Shown piece by piece: positions 1-9,839 of a DNA stretch of 64,000 bases. The position numbers were made by a program, and so were the translations under genes. The notes beneath the pieces are model-generated. The model made no database searches. It saw only the letters and a program-made list of their open reading frames with translations, and was not told where the DNA came from. Numbering within the stretch: position 1 is the first letter of the stretch; every line of letters starts with the position of its first letter. Origin of the DNA: a virus (taxonomy: Duplodnaviria; Caudoviricetes); the IMG/VR virus record IMGVR_UViG_2933660794_000001, positions 24,816-88,815 of that record; one strand, 5' to 3'.

Positions 1-508
1 TGTCGTCTGCGACTACCGGTGTGGGCCCGAGCGGGCCGACCGTGACGGAGGGCGTGGATGCGGTGCCGGACGTGTTCCGGGCCAGCAGACGGACGTACAC
101 GGGCGCATCGCAGGGGACGACGACGGTGGCGCCCTGCGCGGTCTCGATGGTGCCCTGCAGCGTGGCCGGGACCGGCGTGTAGGAGGCGAGGATGGAGGCG
201 TGGACCTCCACCCGCGCCCAGTCCAGCGGCAGCACGCTGCCGTCGGCGAACGTGCCGTCCCAGGAGACGGTGACGCCGCCGAGAACGGAGGCGACGATCG
301 GTGCGGACGGCTGCGGTGGGGGCGGCCCGTTCGTGATGTTCACGCCGGTCGTGCCGTCGGCTTGCTGCCCGATGACGCCGCGGAGGCTGCCCTGCCCGTC
401 GTACACCTGGATGGCGGTGTTCTCGATGGAGGCGTGGGTGAGCCGGGGGGAACGCTCGATCTTGCTGAGGCGTTTGTTGATCTGGTTGAGTTCGCGGCCG
501 ATGTCCAC
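1..508 (-). CDS. Minor tail / tail fibre-type protein, N-terminal part (runs off the window)
   Basis: Manually read open frame from GTG at 508 (MDIGRELNQINKRLSKIERSPRLTHASIENTAIQVYDGQG...VTVSWDGTF), directly after the stop of the upstream tail gene; not in the ORF track because it has no stop in the window. Confidence 0.7.
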   Translation of the reverse strand, partial: MDIGRELNQINKRLSKIERSPRLTHASIENTAIQVYDGQGSLRGVIGQQADGTTGVNITNGPPPPQPSAPIVASVLGGVTVSWDGTFADGSVLPLDWARVEVHASILASYTPVPATLQGTIETAQGATVVVPCDAPVYVRLLARNTSGTASTPSVTVGPLGPTPVVADD

Positions 509-509
509 C

Positions 510-1622
510 TCAGACGCCTCCGTACTGGAATGAGTCGGCCGGTTTCAGGCTGACCACGGTCTGGGGGCCGCCCTGGGCCTGGGGTTTACGGGTCCATCCG
601 GTGATGCGGCACCAGCCGGCGTAGGACGTCCAGGGGTTGTTGACGCGGGTGAACACGTCATCGCCGATCTGCCAGGAGCCGTACGGGGCGGCGGGGGTGT
701 CGCGGATGGTGATCTGGTCGACGCTGCCTCGGACGGTGGCCTGTCTCCAGGTTCGTTCGCGGGCGGCGCGGGCTTGGAGGATGTCGTTGCCGTTGACGTC
801 GGGGAGGTCCAGGACGTGCTCGAGGCGTAGGCGGCCGTTGCGGACGGCGGAGGTCTGCTTCAGCCGGGAGCGGCCTTCTCCGGAGCCTGCGGCGACGACG
901 ACCTGGGCGTAGTCGTCGCCGGACAGGGCGTCTTCGGGTTCGTCGATGATGTTGACGCCGCTGGAAAAGGTGATGTCGGTGCGTCGCCTGCCGAGGCGCG
1001 GCCAGCCCAGCTTGATCCGCTTCACGACCCCGGTCTTTGTGCTGTTCCAGGAGGTGGTGCAGGTGTAGTCGGGGGTGGCGTCACCGGAGACGAGGTCGTC
1101 GACCTGGTCTCCTAGGCAGGGCATCTCCCAAGGGTTGGAGTGGTAGACGTCCGCGGGTGTGCCGATGGTGGCCGTGCTGGTGGTGGGGTCGACGGTGACG
1201 CCGATGCTGCCGTCGGCCACCGACTGGGCGTAGGTCCAGATGTTGCGGATGACCTGGCATCGGTCGGCGTAGGTGTAGGGGCCGCGGCCGCCGTGCTCTC
1301 CGTCGAGGTCGAATCGCTTCTGCAGGTACGACGACCAGGACGCGGCCTCGATCGCGTAGTCGTTTCCTTGTGCGCGGACGTCCCAGACGATGCCGCCCCA
1401 CTGAAGCTGGTTGGCGGACTCGACGAAGATGAACGTGTTGCCAGGGTCCACGACGAGGGGGCTGGACGAGAGCAGCCGTGGGGACAGCCGACCGGACAGG
1501 CTGCCTGGCCCGTTGAGTTCGTCCCCGTACTCCAGGTCGACGAGCGGGAGTGCAGTGGACAGCCAGGCGCCGGTGAGAGCGTTCTGTGTGAGGACCCGGT
1601 CCGGGACGAGGGGGCCGGTCAT
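510..1622 (-). CDS. Minor tail protein (baseplate hub-like)
   Basis: 370 aa; WGGIVW and IKLGWPRLGRR motifs typical of actinophage minor tail proteins; downstream of the tape measure gene. Confidence 0.75.
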   Translation of the reverse strand: MTGPLVPDRVLTQNALTGAWLSTALPLVDLEYGDELNGPGSLSGRLSPRLLSSSPLVVDPGNTFIFVESANQLQWGGIVWDVRAQGNDYAIEAASWSSYLQKRFDLDGEHGGRGPYTYADRCQVIRNIWTYAQSVADGSIGVTVDPTTSTATIGTPADVYHSNPWEMPCLGDQVDDLVSGDATPDYTCTTSWNSTKTGVVKRIKLGWPRLGRRRTDITFSSGVNIIDEPEDALSGDDYAQVVVAAGSGEGRSRLKQTSAVRNGRLRLEHVLDLPDVNGNDILQARAARERTWRQATVRGSVDQITIRDTPAAPYGSWQIGDDVFTRVNNPWTSYAGWCRITGWTRKPQAQGGPQTVVSLKPADSFQYGGV

Positions 1623-2557
1623 CGCGGCGCCTCGAAGAACTCCACGTCGGCGATGAGGGTGCTGCTGCTGTCGACGCTGACGGTGCCCACGTTGCCGGAA
1701 TGACCCGCGAACTGGGCGCGCAGCAGCTGGGAGGTGCCGCGGTAGGAGGAGGGAATGGTCAGGGTGTCGGCGACGATGGCGTTGAGGCGGCGGGTGACGG
1801 CGCCCTGATTGTCGTCGATGATGACGGGCTGCATGCTGCGTTCGGTACCGAACATGGCGCGCACGGACCCGAAGATGTTGCCTGCGGTCAGGCGCAGGCC
1901 GGCGATGTCCAGGCGGATTTTGACGGTAGATGCCCAGGACGGCACGGTGATGGTCCAGCCGGCGGCGGTGGAGAAGTAGGCGTAGGAGTTGCTGCTGCCG
2001 CCGATCTGGGTGGAGATGCTGGCCGGGGACTGGGTGTAGAGGCTGCGGTCACGGCGGGGGTTCGCGATCTTCCGCAGATCGGTGATCATCTCGCTGGTGA
2101 TCGTCCCGGTCAGCGGTGGAATGTCGATCCGGGCGAGCGGGATACCTGTCCGGCCGTCGGGGATGGTGGTGGCCGCCGAGGAAACCCCGGAGATGACCTG
2201 GAAGTAGGCGATCTGATCCACCTCGGGGTCCAGAGTTCCGGTGTACTCGGGGTCCTCGATCCTGAGGATGAGCATGTCGGAGCGGCCGGTGCTGCCGGTC
2301 GCGGCGATGTCGACGTCGACAGCGCCGACGTTGCAGGCTGCGTAGTGGCCTTGGAAGGCGTCGTCGCGGCCCTGGATGACGGCCGAGCCGTCGCCGACCG
2401 TGACCCCGCCGCCGGGCACAGAACGCTGGCTGACCTGGAGGTCGTCGCCTTCGGTGATGCCCTCGGAGCCGCGGGCGAGGTCGCGGACCAGCATGCGGAA
2501 CTGCTGCGCCGAGTGGGTGGCCCCGTTGGTGAGGATGGGCGCGGGGAATAGAGACAT
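1619..2557 (-). CDS. Minor tail protein
   Basis: 312 aa; RSDMLILRIEDP...IPLARIDIP...ITDLR pattern of actinophage minor tail proteins; 4-bp overlap with the next gene. Confidence 0.75.
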   Translation of the reverse strand: MSLFPAPILTNGATHSAQQFRMLVRDLARGSEGITEGDDLQVSQRSVPGGGVTVGDGSAVIQGRDDAFQGHYAACNVGAVDVDIAATGSTGRSDMLILRIEDPEYTGTLDPEVDQIAYFQVISGVSSAATTIPDGRTGIPLARIDIPPLTGTITSEMITDLRKIANPRRDRSLYTQSPASISTQIGGSSNSYAYFSTAAGWTITVPSWASTVKIRLDIAGLRLTAGNIFGSVRAMFGTERSMQPVIIDDNQGAVTRRLNAIVADTLTIPSSYRGTSQLLRAQFAGHSGNVGTVSVDSSSTLIADVEFFEAPR

Positions 2558-2567
2558 GTGGCGCTCC

Positions 2568-3467
2568 TCAGAGGGCTATGTAGGCGTCGCGCCAGGTAAG
2601 GCGGAGGCGGGCGGTGTTGGTGGAGTCGAATGCGGTCCAGCGCATCTCGCTGGTGCCGGGCGGTAGGGAGAACAGGTCGATCCGGGAGGCCGGGGTCAGG
2701 TAGGCGGAGGCGTTGCCGCCGTTGTCCCAGGTGACGGTGCGGTATCCGGGGCGGGTGTCGATCTCGACCCAGCGGCCGGCCGCGAGGGTCAGGGTGGGCA
2801 GGGCGAGGGTGCGGCCGGTGGGGACGTGGATGATGCTGACGTTGGAGCACGGTCCGGTGATCCGGATGATGGGCCAGGCGTCCGCGTCACCCGTGTTGGT
2901 GACCCAGGCGGGACGGTCGGCGGCCACGGTGCCGTCCTGTACGTAGATCGGCGCGACGACGGGGGCCGCGAACCCACCCCCGGTGAGCCAGCCCAGGGGG
3001 ATCTCGGTGGTGGTGGCCTCGTCCGCGTAGAACTGCGGGTCGTGGGCGAAGAACTCGAGGTCCAGGGGGACGTAGCCGTGAATGACCTGCCGGTATTCGG
3101 GGTCGATCTTCCGGGCGCGGACGGTGAGTGATTTTGTTGGCCGGCCGGGCCGTTTGATCCGTATCGTCAGGCCTTGCCCGCCGACCAGACGCACCGCAGT
3201 GGCGTCGGTGGCGGCCTGTAGGGCAGCAACCATGTCGTGGCAGGCGGCGGGGTCACCGGGGGTTTTGATGGCGGCATCGAACTGGATCTGGCGGGCGGCC
3301 CAGTAGTCGGGTCCCGCGAACGAGCCGTCCATGGACGGCTGGTCAACGTCGTTGTCCCGGACCGGTGGCCGGCCGAGCCCGGTCACCTCGATGACGTTCA
3401 CCGCGGTGCCGGCGCCGATGATGACGCCCCCGATGTCGTACTGCCAATCGGCCAGTTCAAGCGGCAC
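2568..3467 (-). CDS. Distal tail protein (Dit-like)
   Basis: Start re-assigned to GTG 3467 overlapping the tape measure stop; FFAHDPQFY and VTNTGDADAWPIIRITGP motifs; first gene after tape measure. Confidence 0.8.
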   Translation of the reverse strand: MPLELADWQYDIGGVIIGAGTAVNVIEVTGLGRPPVRDNDVDQPSMDGSFAGPDYWAARQIQFDAAIKTPGDPAACHDMVAALQAATDATAVRLVGGQGLTIRIKRPGRPTKSLTVRARKIDPEYRQVIHGYVPLDLEFFAHDPQFYADEATTTEIPLGWLTGGGFAAPVVAPIYVQDGTVAADRPAWVTNTGDADAWPIIRITGPCSNVSIIHVPTGRTLALPTLTLAAGRWVEIDTRPGYRTVTWDNGGNASAYLTPASRIDLFSLPPGTSEMRWTAFDSTNTARLRLTWRDAYIAL

Positions 3468-6400
3468 GGGCGGCCACCCCTCCCCTGCGGGCGCGGCGGA
3501 CCGACCGGCCGACCTGTGCGCCGATGTCGGATGCGGTCGCGCCGGTACGGACCGCGGTGACGTTGACGTGGGTGTCGCCGCCCTCGCGTATGACGACGAC
3601 CGCACGGGACGCCGCGACGTCGGTGAGGCCGAGCCCGAAGCGGTGCGCGACATCCGCGAGCACGGGAAGGGCGGTGCGCCGCTTGCTGGGGCTGAGCGGC
3701 AGGTAGGCCTCGCCATGCGTCTCCGGCTCGGCGAAGCGGACGATGCCGCCGCTGGTGGCGTACATCCCGGCGCGGATACCACCGTCGGCGTACGACAGGT
3801 GCTGGTTGGCGCGGCCGAGGTCGGCGAGGAACTTCGTCGCCCGGGACCCCAGCGACTTGCTGATCTGGCTCTTGGCTTTGGTGGCCACGGTGATGATCTC
3901 GTCCTCACCGAGGCTGGTCTTGGCGGCCACGTCGTGGATGCCGGTCTTGCTGGAGGTGATCGCGGCGATGATCTGGACCAGGTCGGTCCTCTCGTCGTCG
4001 CTGAGGGTGGTCTTGGCCTTCTTCGCGGCGTCGTTGGCCTTCTTCGCGCTCGTCTTGTTCTTCACGGCGTCCGCGGCGAGCTTCTTCGCCGCGTCGTCGC
4101 CCTGCGCGGCCAGCTGCATGGCCAGGTCGCCGTAGCCCATCGACGCGAGTTTCGACAGGTTGTCCTGGAAGGTGGTGTCGGACTTGGTGGAGTCGGTGAG
4201 CTGCTTGGTGTAGTCCGCCAAAGTGGCCTTGGCGAGCGGGCCGAGCTTGCGCAGGTTGGTGATGATGTCGTTGAACTGCTTCTTCGACGCCTTCGCCAGC
4301 GCGGACACCACGGAGGCGCCCTCGGCACCCATGTCCCGCAGCTGCTCGATGACGTCACCGCCGGCACCACGAGTAGCGATCTTGTTCAGGTTCGACTCGT
4401 AGGAGGCGTTCGCTTTCACCGCCGAACCGAGGGTCTTGCCCCAGTCGGACAGAGAGAACTTCTTCTTGTAGCGGGCCTCAGCCGACGCTGCCGCATCCGT
4501 AGCGGTAGCCAGGCTCCGGCGCGCCTTCGCTACCGCGTTCTCCGCCGCGACCAGCTGAGCGTTCGTGTGGCGGCCCTTACGGACCTGATTCAGCCGGGCC
4601 TCCGCCGCCCGCAACGCATCAACGGCGTTCGCCCGCGCGCGGAGCTTCTTGTTGTAGTCGTCCCTGCTGATCGGCTGGTGAGCGTTCGAGTACGCCGACA
4701 TAACGTCCAACGTGGACTTCATTCCGCCGGACGGGGAGTACGTGAAGTTCGCGGCGCCGCCACCTGCGAGGTGCGGCAGGCCAGTGGGTCCGCCGGAGGC
4801 AAGCCGTGGCAGCACCAGCTGGCCCTGATTGAGGGCATCCATGGTCCGCACCCCGTACTTGCGGACCGCGGCCGCCTGAATGACGTACTCGGTGTTCGAC
4901 ACCCACGACTTGGCGCCCGATGCGAACGTGGCCAGGATGTCGTCGCTCCTCGGGCCACCCGGCCCCCGGATGAACCCTCCCTGGTCGAAGTGCTGCACCG
5001 GGTTCGTTGTCCCGCCGGCCGCCCGCCGCATGAGACCACCGTCCGCGGACAGCGGGACTTGCTTGTTCCCATAGCTTCCACCGACCCGGACAGTCTTGAT
5101 GTACGTCGTGGCCGTCTTGCCGTTCAGGGCGTTCAGGGCCGCCATGACCGCGCTGATGCCTCCGAGGGCGCCACCGTTGGCGGTGAAAACCTCGGTACGC
5201 CCGTCGGGCAGCTGTCGTGTTTTCAGCCCCACGGCCTCGAGGGCTGCGATTGCGGCAGCGTTGAGCGTACTGACGGTGATTTTGTGGGCGTTCGGTGTCT
5301 TCTCGATCGCCGCGCGGACTTCGCCCAGTCCACGGACCGCGTCCTGACGCTCGAGCTTTACCATCGTCTTGATCTGGTCAGGCGTGCCGAGCAGCGTGTT
5401 GACGTACTCCTGGGCCTTCTTCTTGTTGCCGCCGAATGCCTCGGTGGCCAGCCGCACCATCGTTGTCCGCAGCTGGTCGGACTTCTGTTGCATCGACGCC
5501 AGCGAGTCACCGGCGGCGATCCCGGAGGCGATCATCTCGTCGTTGGCCTTTGCCGCATCCGACATCGCCTGGCCGTTGGCCTGCCCGGCTCGTGTGTTCA
5601 GGTCAAGGGTGGCCCCGTTCTTCTTGAACGCCTCGGTCAAGTCGTCCAAAGAGGACTCGAAGCCGATCTGAGCGTCGTAGGCGCTGCGGTTTGCTTCGTT
5701 GAGGGCGAGGATGCTCTGCCTCAGCCCGTCGGCGGCCTGCTTCTGCGCGTTCAGTTTGGCCTGCGTGTCCGCGGCGGCGTCCCCGAAGATCCCCATGGAC
5801 CTGGCGGTCAGCTCGGCTTCGAGGGCGGAATCGGCCAGCGCGTTGTTGTAGTCCTTGAGGTACTTGGTGGGGATGTGGATGCCCTGCGCCTCGAGCATCG
5901 CCATCGCCTGCCGGGCCGTCTCGAGGCCCTTGGTCTTGGTGATCTCGTTGATGGCGTTGCCGAGGTCACGCATGTTGTTCGTGACGGCTTGGGAGGACGA
6001 TGCGGTGTCACTCCACGCGGAGCCGCCGGTCTTGAAGCCGTGAACGAACTTGTCCCAGCCGCTTGCGGTGTCGTCGGTCTCCTTGAGTAGGCCTTTCTGT
6101 GCCTTGCGGAGGTCGTCGATGGCTGAGGAGTCGATGTGGCCCTTGGTCAGGCCGGTTTCGATGGAGCGGGCGAGGTCGTCAACGCTTTCCTTGGCGTCCT
6201 TGCCGATGTCGGACAGCTTGCTGACGCCGTAGGCGAGGGCGGCGATACCGGCGATGACGATGCCCGCCTTCGCGGCCGTGCCAAGCGCGAGGAACGCGGC
6301 CCTCAGGCCGGCGAGACCTCCACCAGCCGCAGCGGAGGCTGTACCCAGGGCGAGGATCTGGGTACGGACGCGGGTCAGACCGCCAGCGAGGGCAGCCATG

Positions 6401-7755
6401 CCGGCTCCGGACAGCTGCAGCAGCTTCAGCGCGGCCGCGACGTGCAGGATGATGCCGACCAGTTGCGGCGGCATGGCGGCCACCAGGCGGGCCGCGGCGG
6501 TGACGAGGGTGAGCATGCTCGGGCCGGCCTGTGCCGCGCCCTGTACCAGGACGATGACGGCCTGCCCGAGGGCCTTGATGGCGTCGCGGGCGGCGGGCCC
6601 GTTGGCCTGCGCAAATTCGACGAACGCGCCAATGGCGCCGTGGTCGGCTCCTCCTTCGGACAGCACCCGCATGAGGTGGATGACCTCGTCGGTGAGGTGC
6701 TCCAGCTTGCCGTCGGTGAACGAGGCGATCTTGTCGGAGAGGGCATCGAAGCCGGGCGTCTGGATCGCCCCGCCCGCCACACTGACGAGGCGGTCCAGCT
6801 GAGTGGAGGCGGACTTCACCTCGGGCGTGAGGCGGGGGATCAGCTGGTCCAGGACCGTGATGCCCTTGGTGACCGGCTCCATCGTGAACCGGGCCATGTC
6901 GTCGGACCAGGCGGAGAAGTCACTCTTCAAGGTCGAGACGGCGATGGCGGCCTTCTGCGTAGCCGCTGGCATGGAGGCCAGCTGCTGTTGCATGGCGAGT
7001 TGTGCCTGCGCGGCTTCCTTCGAGGCTGCACCGTGCTGGCGGATGGCGTCCTGGTATTTCTGCTCAGCGTCGGCGAAGTCGGACAGGGGGCCGATCTGCC
7101 CGGCGACGGCGATCCCGAATGCCGCGCCCGCGATGCCGGCCGCGGTGAACTGGGCGGCGAGCGGGGCGAGCGTGGCGCTCAGACCAGCTGTCAGCGGGAT
7201 GGCGGCCGGTAGAAAGGTCAGCAAGCCCTTCAGACCGAAGTCGGTCTTGTTGCTGCCTGCCATGCCGCCGCCGCGGTTGTTGTTCAGGCCGCGCGTGACG
7301 GTACGCAGGTCGCTGGTGTCCGCTGTGACCCGGATGCGGATGGTCTGGTTTCGTTGGGCCCGGCGGACCGCGTCGGAGACCTGGTTGCGCAGGCTATTGG
7401 GGTCACGCAGTACCAGCGGGACCTCTATGCGGTGCCCCCAGGCTGCCCAGCGGATTGCGTTCTGCACGTCGCGCCGGAAGTCCATGGCATTCGCCAGGCG
7501 AAGGTCGACAGAGAGCGCGTCACCGTGTCCGGCGGTCGTGAGCGCGGCGCGAACATCACGTCGCAGGTCTTCGGCATCCAGTTCCAGGCGGATGGAGATG
7601 TTGTTGCTGGCTTCCGCCCGGAGCAGGGTGAGATTCCGGCGCAGGGCGTTGACCTCGTCGGATGCGTTCTGCGCGTCTGCTGCGGTGTCCCGCAGAGTGC
7701 GCGCCAGACCGGAGCCCTGCCCGGACAGGCGTACCGACAGATTCCACTGCGACAA
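3457..7755 (-). CDS. Tape measure protein
   Basis: 1432 aa, Ala/Gly-rich and helical with a hydrophobic middle; GGFIRGPGGPRSDDI and YADGG motifs; follows the chaperone pair. Confidence 0.92.
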   Translation of the reverse strand: MSQWNLSVRLSGQGSGLARTLRDTAADAQNASDEVNALRRNLTLLRAEASNNISIRLELDAEDLRRDVRAALTTAGHGDALSVDLRLANAMDFRRDVQNAIRWAAWGHRIEVPLVLRDPNSLRNQVSDAVRRAQRNQTIRIRVTADTSDLRTVTRGLNNNRGGGMAGSNKTDFGLKGLLTFLPAAIPLTAGLSATLAPLAAQFTAAGIAGAAFGIAVAGQIGPLSDFADAEQKYQDAIRQHGAASKEAAQAQLAMQQQLASMPAATQKAAIAVSTLKSDFSAWSDDMARFTMEPVTKGITVLDQLIPRLTPEVKSASTQLDRLVSVAGGAIQTPGFDALSDKIASFTDGKLEHLTDEVIHLMRVLSEGGADHGAIGAFVEFAQANGPAARDAIKALGQAVIVLVQGAAQAGPSMLTLVTAAARLVAAMPPQLVGIILHVAAALKLLQLSGAGMAALAGGLTRVRTQILALGTASAAAGGGLAGLRAAFLALGTAAKAGIVIAGIAALAYGVSKLSDIGKDAKESVDDLARSIETGLTKGHIDSSAIDDLRKAQKGLLKETDDTASGWDKFVHGFKTGGSAWSDTASSSQAVTNNMRDLGNAINEITKTKGLETARQAMAMLEAQGIHIPTKYLKDYNNALADSALEAELTARSMGIFGDAAADTQAKLNAQKQAADGLRQSILALNEANRSAYDAQIGFESSLDDLTEAFKKNGATLDLNTRAGQANGQAMSDAAKANDEMIASGIAAGDSLASMQQKSDQLRTTMVRLATEAFGGNKKKAQEYVNTLLGTPDQIKTMVKLERQDAVRGLGEVRAAIEKTPNAHKITVSTLNAAAIAALEAVGLKTRQLPDGRTEVFTANGGALGGISAVMAALNALNGKTATTYIKTVRVGGSYGNKQVPLSADGGLMRRAAGGTTNPVQHFDQGGFIRGPGGPRSDDILATFASGAKSWVSNTEYVIQAAAVRKYGVRTMDALNQGQLVLPRLASGGPTGLPHLAGGGAANFTYSPSGGMKSTLDVMSAYSNAHQPISRDDYNKKLRARANAVDALRAAEARLNQVRKGRHTNAQLVAAENAVAKARRSLATATDAAASAEARYKKKFSLSDWGKTLGSAVKANASYESNLNKIATRGAGGDVIEQLRDMGAEGASVVSALAKASKKQFNDIITNLRKLGPLAKATLADYTKQLTDSTKSDTTFQDNLSKLASMGYGDLAMQLAAQGDDAAKKLAADAVKNKTSAKKANDAAKKAKTTLSDDERTDLVQIIAAITSSKTGIHDVAAKTSLGEDEIITVATKAKSQISKSLGSRATKFLADLGRANQHLSYADGGIRAGMYATSGGIVRFAEPETHGEAYLPLSPSKRRTALPVLADVAHRFGLGLTDVAASRAVVVIREGGDTHVNVTAVRTGATASDIGAQVGRSVRRARRGGVAARAA

Positions 7756-7773
7756 GGCGGGCTCCTTCCTGAG

Positions 7774-8151
7774 CTAGGGGTGGTTCGTGGTCTGGATTTG
7801 CATGGCGGCGTGCAGGCTGGTGGGCAGCAGGAGGACTTTCACGCCGTGCCCTTCGTCGCCGTCGGGGACCGTCGCCTGCTTGTCGGCGAGGAGTTGGCAG
7901 CCGATGCAGCGGTGGGTGGTAGCGCGGTAGGCGTCCTCGTCACCACCAGCGGACTCGTCCCACTCTTCGGGGCGGGTGCCGCAGGTGGGGCAGCAGGCTT
8001 TGAGGTAGTCCTCGTAGGCGAGGGCCTTGCGGCGGTCCAGGTCGGACCAGGTGCCGTCTCCGTGGCCGCGGAAGTGGCTGTGCGGGATGCGGTACTCGCG
8101 GCACAGCTGCATTTCGGCTCGGAACACGGCATCGTCGATCAGCCTTTTCCC
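7774..8151 (-). CDS. Tail assembly chaperone, frameshifted C-terminal part (gpGT-like)
   Basis: -1 frame (RLIDDAVFRAEMQLCREYRIPHSHF...CPTCG...CIGC) entered at GGGAAAA near the end of the upstream chaperone gene. Confidence 0.8.
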   Translation of the reverse strand, partial: GKRLIDDAVFRAEMQLCREYRIPHSHFRGHGDGTWSDLDRRKALAYEDYLKACCPTCGTRPEEWDESAGGDEDAYRATTHRCIGCQLLADKQATVPDGDEGHGVKVLLLPTSLHAAMQIQTTNHP

Positions 8152-8681
8152 AAGTCGGTCCGGCGGGTGTGCTGGATCGTCCAGGCGGCTTGCCACAGGT
8201 CGCGGGCGTCGCCTGGGGCCCAGGTGTCGAGGTAGCGGCGGGCGGCTTCGACGGGCATGCCGTCCAAGGACGCGGCGGAGATCAGGGCGGGGGCGAAGGT
8301 GTCCATCGCCCACTCCTCGCCGCGTTCCTCGTCTTCCTCGCTGGCCGGGTGCTGCTTCTGCAGCGCCTCGAGGGCCTTGCGTTCGAGGGCGGTGAATCGG
8401 AGGGTGATGGTCTGCTCGTCGTATGCCTTCTGTGCGGCCGCGAGTTCCTTGCGGGCGTCGGCGGCTTCCTGCTTGAGCAGGGCCAGCGCCTCGGGGTTGG
8501 CGTCCTTGGGGGTCTGCTTGAGGTAGCGGTCGGCCTGCTCGTGGGCCTGCTTGGCCGTCAGGTAGCGTTCGCGGACCTCGGGGTCGCGGCACAGCTTGAG
8601 CGTGGTGACGGGCTTCTCGATCGTGTTGAGCTGCTTCTCCAGCTCGTCCCAGGTACTGCTGGTGGTCATGCGGGTCTCCAT
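8139..8681 (-). CDS. Tail assembly chaperone (gpG-like)
   Basis: 180 aa between major tail and tape measure genes, ending in DLGKG over a slippery heptamer. Confidence 0.85.
   Translation of the reverse strand: METRMTTSSTWDELEKQLNTIEKPVTTLKLCRDPEVRERYLTAKQAHEQADRYLKQTPKDANPEALALLKQEAADARKELAAAQKAYDEQTITLRFTALERKALEALQKQHPASEEDEERGEEWAMDTFAPALISAASLDGMPVEAARRYLDTWAPGDARDLWQAAWTIQHTRRTDLGKG
8145..8151 (-). other. Programmed -1 ribosomal frameshift site GGGAAAA
   Basis: Minus strand reads GAC TTG GGA AAA GGC TGA, an X XXY YYZ heptamer in the canonical G/GT position. Confidence 0.85.
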
Positions 8682-8771
8682 CGGGGAAGGCCCGGCCGGG
8701 CGCCGCGGCGCCCTTCCCGTGTTCGCCAGGGGCCCGGCCGGGGGCTCAGAGGGGGCGATTCCGGCTGGGCG

Positions 8772-9239
8772 TCAGGACGAGGGCACGGTCTGGTTGAACA
8801 CGGGCCGATCGGTGATCGTGAACTGAACGGTGATCTTCGCGGCCTCGTTGTCCGTGGTGTAGGCCTTGGAGTTCGACACGACGGTGACGGGGAAGACGTC
8901 CATGCCCTTCGTGGACGGCGCCTTGCCCTTGGAGAAGATCACGATGAACCCGGTGGTGCCCTTGGCGAGTTCCGTCTCGATGTCGTCGGTCGTGGAGTCC
9001 TCGTAGAACGTCAGCGAGCTGTCGGCTGCGGAGTCGTCGCCGCCGATCTTCGACACGAAGGTGCTGGCCATGTCGGGGGTCTCGATCGGCTGGTTTTCCA
9101 GCGACCATCCCTCGATGGCGGTGACCTGGTCGGTGTAGTCCGTGCCGGCGGTGATCTCAGCGGCGGTCGGAAGCAGCGACGCGGACGCGATCGTCGGCAG
9201 GAAGCAGATGCGGGTCGTGCCCTTGCGGTTGAACCTCAT
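8772..9239 (-). CDS. Major tail (tube) protein
   Basis: 155 aa; PTAAEITAGTD and TFVSKIGG motifs of actinophage tail tube proteins; synteny. Confidence 0.85.
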   Translation of the reverse strand: MRFNRKGTTRICFLPTIASASLLPTAAEITAGTDYTDQVTAIEGWSLENQPIETPDMASTFVSKIGGDDSAADSSLTFYEDSTTDDIETELAKGTTGFIVIFSKGKAPSTKGMDVFPVTVVSNSKAYTTDNEAAKITVQFTITDRPVFNQTVPSS

Positions 9240-9370
9240 GAGATGTGGCCCCTTGCGGTTAGGGGCCGAACTGTGGGGCCCCTGCTACACGTGTGGTGTG
9301 GCGGCCACCAGCCGGTGGTGGCGTCCGCGTGGGGTCCCGCCGCGGTGCGGTCTTACCTGTCCGCCTGCGT

Positions 9371-9838
9371 TTAGGCGGTCGCCTCGAGGTAGAGGCGGTA
9401 ACGGATCACTGCCGTCATGATTGCATCGGATTGCTCAGACGTTCCCCCCGCTTCCGTCGCCTCCCGGCACCAGCAGACGGCGCCGGGTCCGACGTTGAGC
9501 GGGTGGGCGTAGCCGGGGCTGCCGTCGGCGGGCCGTTCCACGACTTTCCAGCCGCGGTCCGCGAGCCACTGCGCCTGCTCGTCGCCGCCGCGACTGTCCG
9601 GTACGCCGGGTGCGGGACCGGAGACGAACGTGGCCTGGTAGTCGACGACCGCAGCGCGACCGTTGTCAGCGAGGGTTCCTGTGTTGTCGTTGCGGTCCAG
9701 CGGGTACAGCAGCGTGTACGGCGGCGGGACCGGGTGCCCGGCATCGTCCAGGGGGACGGTGCGCAGCCCGACCGGAAAGCCGGTGAGGGTCTCCAGGAGG
9801 GCTTGGAGGCCTTCGGTGACGGGGAGTCTTTCGATCAC
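9371..9838 (-). CDS. Tail terminator protein
   Basis: 155 aa with PPYTLLYP and YQATFV; immediately upstream of the major tail gene. Confidence 0.65.
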   Translation of the reverse strand: MIERLPVTEGLQALLETLTGFPVGLRTVPLDDAGHPVPPPYTLLYPLDRNDNTGTLADNGRAAVVDYQATFVSGPAPGVPDSRGGDEQAQWLADRGWKVVERPADGSPGYAHPLNVGPGAVCWCREATEAGGTSEQSDAIMTAVIRYRLYLEATA

Positions 9839-9839
9839 G

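Noticed and set aside
3331-6090. 919-aa plus-strand ORF
   Set aside because: Antisense shadow of the tape measure gene; long stop-free antisense frames are expected in high-GC DNA and it has no motif
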